DNA from: a virus
Virus record (IMG/VR): IMGVR_UViG_3300000304_000008
Coordinates: 69,363 to 99,603 of that record
Length of the DNA: 30,241 nucleotides
Direction: 5' to 3' (one strand)
Shown: piece after piece, positions 13,078-22,428 of the stretch
Numbering within the stretch: the stretch's first letter is position 1
How the letters are laid out: the number at the start of each line of letters is the position of its first letter
The notes under the pieces: generated by a model
Told to the model about the DNA's origin: nothing
Database searches by the model: none
The model's input: the letters and a program-made list of their open reading frames with translations, nothing else
Translations under genes and position numbers: made by a program

Positions 13078-14061
13078 TTATTCTGCGCTACCTGAAACGA
13101 AAGCATCCAAATATGTTTTGAAAGCAGAGGAACTGAGACTACCTTCTTTAACATATAATTGTACTTCCATAGGAGTATCTTTATGATATTGATTGTCAGG
13201 TGATAAATAAATATTATCAGCTTCAATAATCAAGCAATCGTAATCAGTGTTTTCATCAACAACTTTATCCTGTACAATCATAGGATAAGCATCGATAAAT
13301 ACCATACCTTTATATCCCATGTTACGCATTTCAGCATCACGTACTTGCTTCCAATAACCTTTACCAGGAGTACCTGCAGCTTTAGTAATAGTTACACCAG
13401 GAACAGCTTCCGGAATGTTACTTAACAACGCACCAGGAATAGTAAAATACAACGATGCATCCATATTAACTACAGAATATTCGTTGATAGAATATTTACC
13501 TTCGTTATCATCCTTCTCCAATGCAGTCAAAGTAAGAGTAGTACTAGAAACAGATGCTGTTACACGACGTCCAGGATGCTTGTTAATCTGACTAGCCAAA
13601 GCATTCAACAGAGTTGCAGCATCAGTAGAAGTAGCTACTGTTTCATACGTATGGGTAAACTGACCCGGATGTTCGTATAAGTCGTTATAAACGATTCTTA
13701 GAACATAACGATAACCAGCAGTGATAGTAGCACCAGCAGCTGCAATAGTAATCTTCTGTTGTACGGGTTCTTCGTATTCAGTCAGAGTTACGTTACGAAT
13801 ACCATTTCTCTGAATATTTACACTAAATTCAATTTCCTTCTTATCTTCCAATGCACCAGTAGAAGGATTAGCTACCTTCATAGTACCTTTGCATAAACCA
13901 ACATAAATTGATTTAGCAGCAGCAGCCAAAGCTGCACTAGTAATAAGTTTTCTATTCTCGTCGAACAATGCAATTTCGCCAACGTTCAACGCATCAGTAT
14001 TGCTATACGATGCAGGACAATCTGCATTAGCAACGAGTACATAATTTACGTTTGTAATCAT
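13078..14061 (-). CDS. Abundant virion structural protein, probably crAss auxiliary capsid protein, 327 aa
   Basis: Uninterrupted Ala/Thr-rich ORF with no TAG. Size and position after the ring-type genes match the crAss-like gene order. Confidence 0.65.
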   Translation of the reverse strand: MITNVNYVLVANADCPASYSNTDALNVGEIALFDENRKLITSAALAAAAKSIYVGLCKGTMKVANPSTGALEDKKEIEFSVNIQRNGIRNVTLTEYEEPVQQKITIAAAGATITAGYRYVLRIVYNDLYEHPGQFTHTYETVATSTDAATLLNALASQINKHPGRRVTASVSSTTLTLTALEKDDNEGKYSINEYSVVNMDASLYFTIPGALLSNIPEAVPGVTITKAAGTPGKGYWKQVRDAEMRNMGYKGMVFIDAYPMIVQDKVVDENTDYDCLIIEADNIYLSPDNQYHKDTPMEVQLYVKEGSLSSSAFKTYLDAFVSGSAE

Positions 14062-14080
14062 ATTTATTTTAATTAATTAT

Positions 14081-14163
14081 TAAGACTTTGCGCTAGTCTT
14101 ACGCTTAATTTCCTACTTTCCTAACTACAGTGTAGTTTAATTTCCACGTACTTTAAAGCGCAT
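14081..14163 (-). promoter_or_regulatory. Structured 5' leader of the 327-aa structural gene (candidate cis-regulatory RNA)
   Basis: Hairpins TAAGACT/AGTCTTA and AACTAC/GTAGTT, three GGAAA motifs, and a 5' TGCGCT able to pair with two alternative partners. Confidence 0.4.
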
Positions 14164-14169
14164 TAATTA

Positions 14170-14886
14170 TTATTCCATTGTATTCACTTCTTGATTATGT
14201 GTCTACAACCTTTGGTTACCCTAATTCTCTATATACATCTATGCTGCTATTTTAACTATCTCTGAATGAGTGTGTTCAGGCATATCAGTATATTCGTCAA
14301 AAGGATTTTTGTGTATATCTATATATTCTGGTTTTCTCAAATAAACCATATCATATTGACTTACTTGATATTTACCATCTGTAAACAAATATATATGTTG
14401 ATTTTGTATTAATTTTAAAGGTCTTGCTAAACAATAATGTAATCTATATTCTGATAACGAATTAGCTTTTTCTCTATCTATTGTTTCTACTGTTACTTCT
14501 AAAGTATCAGCTTTTTTAGGTATGTAATTGTCATCGCTATCTTTCTACCAGCATTTTAAATCTAAACCTTCAGTAGGTAATAATGTTGCAGTATCACCTA
14601 ATAATAATACATAATTGTCGGGTATACCAACCGAAAATTCAGAATCTGATATTTTATTAGTATTTAACTATTTATATACTACTAGAGTACGTAAATCATC
14701 AATACGTTTCTAGTCTTGTTCAAAACCTTTTTGTTTATAATTTATACCAGAATATCTGGTTTTGTAGAATTTTTCTAGACCTCTATTCAACCACCATTCT
14801 GTATCAGCAGACTTGGGTTTACTTAGACCGTCATAGAATTGATTTAATTCTCTTTCAAAGCTTTCCTAAAGTTCTATGAATTTCAT
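14170..14886 (-). CDS. Tail ring / head-tail connector protein, 238 aa (absent from ORF track; TAG read-through)
   Basis: MKFIELQESFERELN...TEWWLNRGLEKFYKTRY...GFEQDQKRIDDLRTLV...YLRKP...MPEHTHSEIVKIAA. TAATG overlap with the upstream gene, ends TAA. Paralogous to the two neighbours. Confidence 0.8.
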
Positions 14887-15668
14887 TACTGCTGATTATT
14901 TTGTTGTCTTGCCTAACCTGTTAATCTATATTTTGCTTCGGTAATAAACATTTCTACAGCACCTTCTACTATTTCCATATGCACGTTTTCAGGTAATTCA
15001 CAATGATCTAATATATTAATATTATCTACACCGATTACATCAAACGGTTTAGGCATTCGATAATATACTAAATCTACATTTTCAATAGTAGTATACGTGT
15101 CGTGAATAACGTTTAAATAAACATTTTCAGTAGTATCGTCATCTTGTCCTGAATTTAATATCACGTAAGGTTGAGGTAGAATAGCTCTATTATAATAAGT
15201 AGATACTATTTTTTCTACATCGTCTTCACGTATATTTAAGTTAGGCACAATTTGTACATATTTTAAAGGTGGAGAAGCACAAGTATCATCACCGTCTGCA
15301 TCAGCAATACCTGTAACATCACCTTTATATGTTGAACTTACCTTACTATTACTTCTAATGTATAAAAAATAATCTTCAGGTAAGATAAATTTATCAGTAT
15401 AAATATCCATGTTAAATGGATCTCTCTGTTGTTTTTCAAGAGTAGTTCTAACAATAAGACCTTTTAATGCATCCTAAACTTTCTTTAAAGCTCTAGAATT
15501 ATCTTGCACAACGTCTTCTTGTAAATAGTTATTCTTGATATAACGTTGAGTATACGCATTTAAAAATGAGAATATAGTATCTGATGTTAGTTTATCATTA
15601 AGCTCGAATTCAGGATTCATTAACTAAATCCTTCGTTCAAACTCCATTTGCATCTATCTAGCCGTCAT
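14886..15668 (-). CDS. Tail ring / head-tail connector protein, 260 aa (TAG read-through)
   Basis: MTARQMQMEFERRIQ...LPEDYFLYIRS...YYRMP...CELPENVHMEIVEGAVEM. Extends track ORF 14913..15410. Confidence 0.8.
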
Positions 15669-15670
15669 AA

Positions 15671-16393
15671 TTATTCTGCTAAAGTGTTAAGTTGTGTTTT
15701 CGTTTCTATTCTACGAGATTCAATATTTTCTAAGGCTAGCTGAACTGCAATATTTATTAATTCATAATGCATATATTCTGGTATCTCAACTAAGCCATCT
15801 GAACCTAAATTCTCGATTTTTGTAGGATATTTCACATAAGTAATATCTACTGTATAAGGTGTTTGAGTACTAGCAGTATCTACATATATCTGTAAACTAT
15901 TGTCTTCTATAGTAGCGACAGGAGTATCAATCCAAGGTTTATTATTATAAGTTTCTAAGAATCTATTAGCTACTAAATGGTCTATCATCTATACTGTAGC
16001 TGAAGGAGTTCTTTTAATTACATCTTGATTCAAAGGCTAAGTCCAATGTATGACCGCATTCACAAAAAACATTCTACCTTCACCTTGGGCTTGATTCTAT
16101 AGTAAATTAGTTATTACAATTCTGTTAGTACCTTCATCTAATGAAGCAGATATACTTTTATCTGTTTTAACTAATTTCTCTAAATCCTAGATACGTTTTA
16201 CACTACCTTCAAAAGGCTGCTATAAGTTATTATGACCTGTAAATTTAGTAGAAACTAATTGAAACAGAGCCTAATCTAACCAGTAGTCTATTTCAGCGTC
16301 TAAAAATGCAGGAGCACCACCAAATGCTGTACTCTAACAGTTTTTATCCATTACTACTTTAAATGCTGTGTGTAAATCGACTCTAGTCATCAT
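15671..16393 (-). CDS. Tail ring / head-tail connector protein, 240 aa (TAG read-through)
   Basis: MMTRVDLHTAFKVVMDK...FLDAEIDYWLDQA...FEGSVKRIQDLEKLV...YVKYP...EIPEYMHYELINIAVQLALENIES. Extends track ORF 15671..15988. Confidence 0.8.
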
Positions 16394-16395
16394 AG

Positions 16396-17148
16396 TTATT
16401 TAGATTTAATTTCACCCATTATCGCTGCTAATATATCAGAATTCTTCTTATCCTTTAAGAAACCAATAACCTCATCGATGCCATTACCAATTACATCAGT
16501 ACCAAAGTAATAAGTGGCTCTATTCTTACGAATTATATTCTTACTTACTGCTTCTTCAATAATGAAGTTATATTCTTTGTTAGGATTAGATTCCCAAATT
16601 CTAATAAATTTAGCAGGGTCTTTTTCAATATTTTCACTAAGTCTAGCTTCAACCATTTCATTTGACAGAGTGTCCGATTTAACTCCATATAAACGTAAAC
16701 ATTTACGCATATCATCAAGAGTCATCTTATCAAATGCTTTATAAGCATCACGCTTAATTTTACTAGCCTTGTTAATTTCTACTGCTTCATCATCCTTATT
16801 AATAAGTACATAATCTGTAGATGGTGATATATTTTTCATACCATCTGCTACACGTTTATGCCCTTTTAAGAATAAATATTGAAGCTCACCTTCTGGAGTA
16901 TCAGTATTGATTATAGTATCTTTCTTACCAATTTTAACTGCAAAAGTATCCCAATAATTTGACATAGGGTCTAAATAACCTTCGTTAAATCCCATCTTCT
17001 ATTCGAGTTCTCTTGCTTTTTCTCTACTTAAGCCTGTATATCTACTTCCTGAACGTGTCCAATAAGAACCTACATAATCAAAACAGTTATCCCATTTAAT
17101 TAACCCTGTCCAAGGGTCTACTTTTGTCATTCTAACGATTACTTCCAT
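16396..17148 (-). CDS. Conserved crAss-like protein downstream of the major capsid gene, 250 aa
   Basis: One TAG at 16999 joins MEVIVRMTKVDPWTGLIKW... to track ORF 16396..16995. Ends TAA. Confidence 0.75.
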
Positions 17149-17183
17149 AATTATAAATTAGTTTAATCCTGTTAGTATAAAGT

Positions 17184-17208
17184 GGTAGTCGCATTATTTG
17201 CGACTACC
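17184..17208 (-). terminator. Strong hairpin after the major capsid gene (weak terminator or mRNA-stabilising stem)
   Basis: Perfect 10-bp inverted repeat GGTAGTCGCA/TGCGACTACC with only a short U-tract. Confidence 0.6.
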
Positions 17209-17232
17209 TTTACATTATTTCCTAGAAAAAAT

Positions 17233-18702
17233 TTACTCTGAAAGCATAATGAGCTCCCCACAAGCGCGCGGGTCTCTTAACATAATGCCCACTTCACCCA
17301 AAAAGTGAACGCTATAACCATCCTTCGCATTACTACGAACTTCAGTATTAGAGTGAGCATAACCAGCAGGTGTTACAGAACCAGCAGTACACCAGTTAAC
17401 GAATTCACGGTCTTTACGTACTACTTTAACTACGTTAGCTTCACCATCACGTCTACCAAGGTCAAGGAACGTAATACGATAAGATTCCAACGGTTTCAAA
17501 GTAACCGGATGCAATTGACGGTTGTAAGTAGTATTATCATACAACGGGAAATATTTTAACGTCAACTCAATACCATTAGTCATCTTATAAGTCTTGAACT
17601 GACCACCGAAAGTTAAGTTATCACCAGAACCAGTAACTAATACAGTATCAATTAAGTTCAGATTAGCCATCTTTTCTTTCAGTACACGGTCAAATTCACG
17701 CATACCCATTTCACCAGTGAAACCGATGAATTTACGTTCGTTAGTACCAAGTACGTTATAAGACAAATCTGCCAAGAAATCTTCCAACAGTTCAGCAGTC
17801 AAACGAGTATAATAACGTCTGTTAGACGGAGCAATTTGTTCCAACAAACCTGCACCAATCATAACCGGACGACCATTCTTACCTTTTAGATTGCAAGAAC
17901 CATCCTTATTAACATTACATTTGTTGTAAACCAAACCTCTTTCAAGACGACGATACCATTCACGCATAGCAACCCATTCCTGATACGGAGCCCACAAATA
18001 AGACGATTTACCAGTCTTCGGGTCTTTCAAAGCCACTGCCATAACAGTAGAGAAAGCGGAACCAGTAATATCATAGCTAAGACGTGCAGTCCACAAATAG
18101 TTACGCATCTTGAAGTGAGTGTTGTAGTTCAGGATATCAGCCTCTTCACTGTATTCTTCGTATGCAGAAGCAAGACGAGATACTTGGCAACCTGCCTTAA
18201 GATATTCAGCTGGTACATACGATGCAGGATTACCATTTGCAATGAAAGTCGTGTATACGTACAGATTACCATCTTGATACGGAGCATCAGCTACACGCAA
18301 TTGGAATTCTTTATTATCGAGTTCCAAAAGTGCACCTGGACCAAACCAGTTATCTTCCAACCACAGAATAATTGGTGTATTATTTAAACCAGCAGTTACA
18401 CCGTCTGTGATAGCAGCACCATTCCACTTAGCATCACGAATAGTAACAGCACGGTCTTGGTCAATCATTACACCCCATTCAAATGCCGGTTGGTCAATGG
18501 TAAGTACATTACCCAAACCACCAGTCAACATATCCAAAGAAGTCTGATAACCTTGGTCTTTAGTACCAAATACGTAAGACAAGATAGTACCTACTTCATA
18601 AGGTCTCTGCTGAGAAGCAATACTAATCTTATTAGTATCAATCAAATCAGAGAACCATTTACCTTTGTATAAAACTAGGTTATTAAGAATATTATTCTCC
18701 AT
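17233..18702 (-). CDS. Major capsid protein (crAss-like), 489 aa
   Basis: Longest TAG-free ORF, with codon use typical of high expression. It follows an acidic scaffold-like gene. Features such as GAGLLEQI, TGEMGMREF and the C-terminal GIMLRDPRACGEL resemble crAss-like MCPs. Confidence 0.9.
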   Translation of the reverse strand: MENNILNNLVLYKGKWFSDLIDTNKISIASQQRPYEVGTILSYVFGTKDQGYQTSLDMLTGGLGNVLTIDQPAFEWGVMIDQDRAVTIRDAKWNGAAITDGVTAGLNNTPIILWLEDNWFGPGALLELDNKEFQLRVADAPYQDGNLYVYTTFIANGNPASYVPAEYLKAGCQVSRLASAYEEYSEEADILNYNTHFKMRNYLWTARLSYDITGSAFSTVMAVALKDPKTGKSSYLWAPYQEWVAMREWYRRLERGLVYNKCNVNKDGSCNLKGKNGRPVMIGAGLLEQIAPSNRRYYTRLTAELLEDFLADLSYNVLGTNERKFIGFTGEMGMREFDRVLKEKMANLNLIDTVLVTGSGDNLTFGGQFKTYKMTNGIELTLKYFPLYDNTTYNRQLHPVTLKPLESYRITFLDLGRRDGEANVVKVVRKDREFVNWCTAGSVTPAGYAHSNTEVRSNAKDGYSVHFLGEVGIMLRDPRACGELIMLSE

Positions 18703-18739
18703 ACTAAAATATTTACTATATATTTAATTAATTAATTAA

Positions 18740-19891
18740 TTAAGATATACGTAGTCTTTTTGTAAAATTATCCCAGATAGTAGAATCATCAGAACGATTT
18801 GCTCTTGTAGTCTGTTTTGTTTTGCCACTTACTGAAGTAGACCGCAAACTCTATTTGAACTTATCTATTGCTGAGTTATTACCTTCTCTCTTAGCAGCTT
18901 GAATCAATTTATCTGCATTTTTAGTAAAATAAGCAGATTCAATTAAATTCTTTACACCACCTTTAATATAATCAGACTGATATTTAGTTTTACCATCTGC
19001 GCCAGGCTTAAATATATAATCTATTAATTCACGTTTATCTTTTTCAGGAATAGATATACCACGTATATTTTTTAAATCTTTTATTTCCGCCACAACGTTA
19101 TCATAAAATTCCTGTTGTTGCTTTTTATATTGTTTAAAAGCCTTTTCCTAATCAGCCAATAGCTGTTCCTTTTTCTATTGTCTAATCTCTTTTAAATCTT
19201 CCAATGCATCCTAAGCTTCATCTTCAAGTAAGCCTGCATCTTCATATTTACTAATTTTCTTATCAATTTGTTTTTGACTAAATCCTTTTTCTTTAAGTAA
19301 GGCTTTTACTATTATTTTTTGAGAACCTTCGTCTTCTAAATCAATACCATCTAAATCAATTTCAGCATCTATTTTTAGATAATCTTGCAACTTACCACCT
19401 TGTTTCACAAAATTATCTAACTATTCTACTTCTTCACTAGCATAAGTAGGCTTACTTTCTTCTTCAATAATATTCTAAAAGTAATCAATTAGACTTTCGA
19501 TAGTATTTGGTTTTTCTTCATTTTCATCAAATTCCCATCCTAATTTTTCGGAAATAGCATCAAAGAATCCACCTACCATTTGTTCTTCATCAAAAGATGG
19601 TTCTTCAATATCTTCTTTAATTTCATTTTCTTTTGTTTCAGGTTCTTTAATATTTTTATTATTTTCTTCGTCTTGCTCTTCTTTATCTTCTTTTTCTTCT
19701 TTCTTTGTATTTTTTACTTGTTTAAGAGCAGGCTCTTCTTGATTGTTTTTAATTTCTTCAAGTTCGTCATCTGTTACAGAACCTTTTTCGTTATTATCTA
19801 TAATTTCTTCAGTTTCTTCTTTATTTACTTTGGGGACAAACGAATCAAATATTGCTTCAAATCCACCCAATGTATTCTTATTTTCTTCCAT
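18740..19891 (-). CDS. Acidic putative capsid scaffolding protein, 383 aa (TAG read-through)
   Basis: Joins 19475..19891, 19211..19408 and 18851..19093 through six TAGs. Has a Glu/Lys-rich disordered N-terminus and lies immediately upstream of the MCP. Confidence 0.7.
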
Positions 19892-19902
19892 AATTAAATA
19901 AT

Positions 19903-21675
19903 TTAATTAGAATCTTTTTCTTGTGAATAATTGTAAATGATAGGTGTAATAGCACCAGACATTCTCTATCTTTGTCTAGATTTACTTAATAAATACTACT
20001 ATTCTTCAGGAGTTAAAGTAGTTCTAGAATTAGATTTTAATTCATCGACTATACCATCAGTACCGTTTTCAAATTTTCCCAATATGTGCAACCACATATT
20101 ATTATTTAATTTTAGTATTGGTTTAAGTAATTTGTTCTTTCTACTATTTAAATTTTCTCTAAGAGTTAACTCGTAATCATAATCAGTTTTAGTGGCAGGC
20201 ATACCATATCTATAAGCATCACTAGTAGAGGTTATATTTGGTTGTGAACGGAATCTTGCAAATCTAACGAAATCTCCAAAACTATTTCCAGGTCTATATC
20301 CTTCAAATAACTATGATTCTAATTCTGGCTAAGATTCTACCCCATTTAAAGCCCATCTACCTTTTTTATTAACATTAGTATATGTTGTATTCTAATCAAC
20401 GATATTCAATAATTGCTGATTAGGTTCTTCTGCAAAATATGCTCTTTCATATCCCGGTAGTAACGCTCCTGTCCTTGTTGTATATTGTGCTTCTTTTGCT
20501 ATAAACCCATTTTTAGCCAAAGTCTTATAATCTGGACTAGCAAACAAATCATAAGGATAAATACTACGTCTAAAGTTACGTAATTGTTGCTCTATAGGCA
20601 AAGTTTCGTCATTTATATACGGGTATCTAACTAGAGCAACATCTGCTCTAGAAGGTCTAACGTCTGCAACATCTCCCATTGGTCTACTAAACCTGTCGGC
20701 AATTTCACCACTATTCGATACATATATACCAGTATGACCAGTATTCAACCTATCTCCACCAGTACGCTCACGACTTGTATTAACTGTCAACGCTTCGTTA
20801 ACAATATCGTTTATATTTTTTTGCTAAGCTACCTAAGGAGAAAAACTTACTCCTCTAACTGCTGTTGTATTTTTAGTTAAGTACTAATTTACCGCTTCTT
20901 GAGATAATGGATTTAACTATCGATTATTTAATATAAACTAAGCATAATTGGGGTCTTCGTTTATTATGTCGGTAATATGCTATATCTACCAATCATCATA
21001 ATTATATGTATCTCTTAAGAAATTTAATTCATCCTATAATTTATCTTCATCTAACTTTGCTGCTTGTTGAGCATTGCGATATTTGTCTATAGTCTACTTA
21101 TTAATTTGCTTTCTTACTTCTGGATGTTCAGTTGTATAATATTTATTGAAAATATTACCGTAAACATCTCTTAAATCTTTAATTTTATCTTCTACAAAGT
21201 TATATTCTGTCTATCTTCTACGATTATAAGGTTTTAATTCTTTAATTAAATTTATATTTCTCTTTAGTTTTCTACCAAATCTTCTTAATGGTTTTTCTAT
21301 AATATTTGGTAAAGCTGCTAAAACTAAACCTGTAGCTCCTGCCAAATATTCTTCATTTGCAAAATCTTTTGCAACATCGTAAACTCCTTTAATGTCACCA
21401 ATTACTGGAACATAATCGATAACATCTTCAGGACCAATTCTGGTCTATTTACCCCAAGCATCTAGCATAGCAGAATTATAAGCATCCTAATCAAACGGTT
21501 TATTGATATAATTACCGTTTGGAGTTACAACTACTTCTGGTAATACAGTGTTAGTCACTTCGTCTGTACCTTCAGCATATTTATTAGCTTTCCACTACCA
21601 ATAAGATAAGCTAGGGTTTGATTCCCTAGCCTACTTATATTCATTCATGTACTATCTAAATTCATTTCTATTCAT
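19903..21675 (-). CDS. 590-aa putative capsid cargo/effector with pre-toxin-TG-like segment and ADP-ribosyltransferase-like motifs (TAG read-through)
   Basis: Single frame with about 20 TAGs and no TAA/TGA, including track ORFs 20392..20790 and 19999..20202. Motifs: IDYVPVIGDIKGVYDV, AVRGV, GIYVSNSGEIADRF, GYERAYF. The ORF is solid; the function is inferred. Confidence 0.6.
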
Positions 21676-21826
21676 AAAGTCTATTTGATATTAAATTAGC
21701 AGCAATATTCATAGCAAAATCATTTAAATTAGCTTCAGGTGAATCTAATCTCTATGATAACTATAATAATAATAAATAAATTCTTTCAAGAAGCTCTCTG
21801 TCACTTAAGGTATTTAAACCATCCAT
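21662..21826 (-). CDS. Small hypothetical protein, 54 aa (TAG read-through)
   Basis: MDGLNTLSDRELLERIYLLLLQLSQRLDSPEANLNDFAMNIAANLISNRLYEQK. Fills the gap and overlaps both neighbours. Confidence 0.5.
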
Positions 21827-22118
21827 AGTGTTTTCTATTATTTAAATATTCTAAATTATTTTCATTATTATAAGCTTCTTGTTCAAAGGAAATATTGCGA
21901 TAAGCATTACCTTTCTTAAATAATCTTATAACCCATTCTACTATATACCAGACATAAAAGAATATGTATAACATTTCTTTCATCTGAACAGTATGAATAG
22001 ATTCATGATTTAAATCCTATTCAGATATTTTAGCTCCTTCTCTAACAAACAATATACCAAATAAGTTTATTGCTTTATAACCAGGAAACGGTATTATTTT
22101 ATTTTCTATTATCTTCAT
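21801..22118 (-). CDS. Small HExxH zincin-like putative metallopeptidase, 105 aa (TAG read-through)
   Basis: MKIIENKIIPFPGYKAINLFGILFVR...LNHESIHTVQMKE...AYRNISFEQEAY shows HExxH plus a downstream ExEA third-ligand motif. Confidence 0.75.
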
Positions 22119-22119
22119 A

Positions 22120-22344
22120 TTAATGTTTCCATTTAGAAGCATTCTTAGCGAATACTGCTTTCTTTACCATAGCTTTGCTATATTTATCCTTATTTGCTAA
22201 AACTTGTTTAGCAAAAGCCTAAACAGATTTACCATGTTTTTTAGCTGCTGCTGTGAAAGTACCTCTTTTAGATTTTTTAATATGTATGGTACCTCCGTCA
22301 GAATAGCACATTATTAAATTACTATTTTTAATAGAGTGTTTCAT
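22120..22344 (-). CDS. Small basic protein, 74 aa (absent from ORF track; one TAG)
   Basis: MKHSIKNSNLIMCYSDGGTIHIKKSKRGTFTAAAKKHGKSVQAFAKQVLANKDKYSKAMVKKAVFAKNASKWKH. TAATG overlap at the start. The IHIK..RG.FT...FA.NA.KWKH pattern resembles small crAss-like virion proteins. Confidence 0.75.
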
Positions 22345-22406
22345 TACTTACCTCCTTTACCACCTTTTCCTTTACTACCACTTTTCTTTCCACCTTTACA
22401 TGCCAT
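22344..22406 (-). CDS. 20-aa Gly/Lys-rich peptide MACKGGKKSGSKGKGGKGGK
   Basis: Fills the gap after the portal gene, is preceded by AAAGGAGGTGT, and its TAA overlaps the next ATG. Confidence 0.65.
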   Translation of the reverse strand: MACKGGKKSGSKGKGGKGGK

Positions 22407-22413
22407 AATAATC

Positions 22414-22424
22414 ACACCTCCTTT
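22414..22424 (-). promoter_or_regulatory. Strong Shine-Dalgarno sequence AAAGGAGGTGT
   Basis: Ends 7 nt upstream of the ATG at 22406 and is complementary to the 16S rRNA 3' end (ACACCUCCUUU). Confidence 0.65.
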
Positions 22425-22428
22425 ACTA

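Noticed and set aside
13005-13226. Minus-strand 73-aa track ORF
   Set aside because: It lies out of frame within the 327-aa gene and runs across its terminator.
18703-18742. (TAAT)n run upstream of the MCP as a repeat array or CRISPR
   Set aside because: It is a short low-complexity AT-rich leader with no spacer structure. No CRISPR array was seen anywhere in the window.
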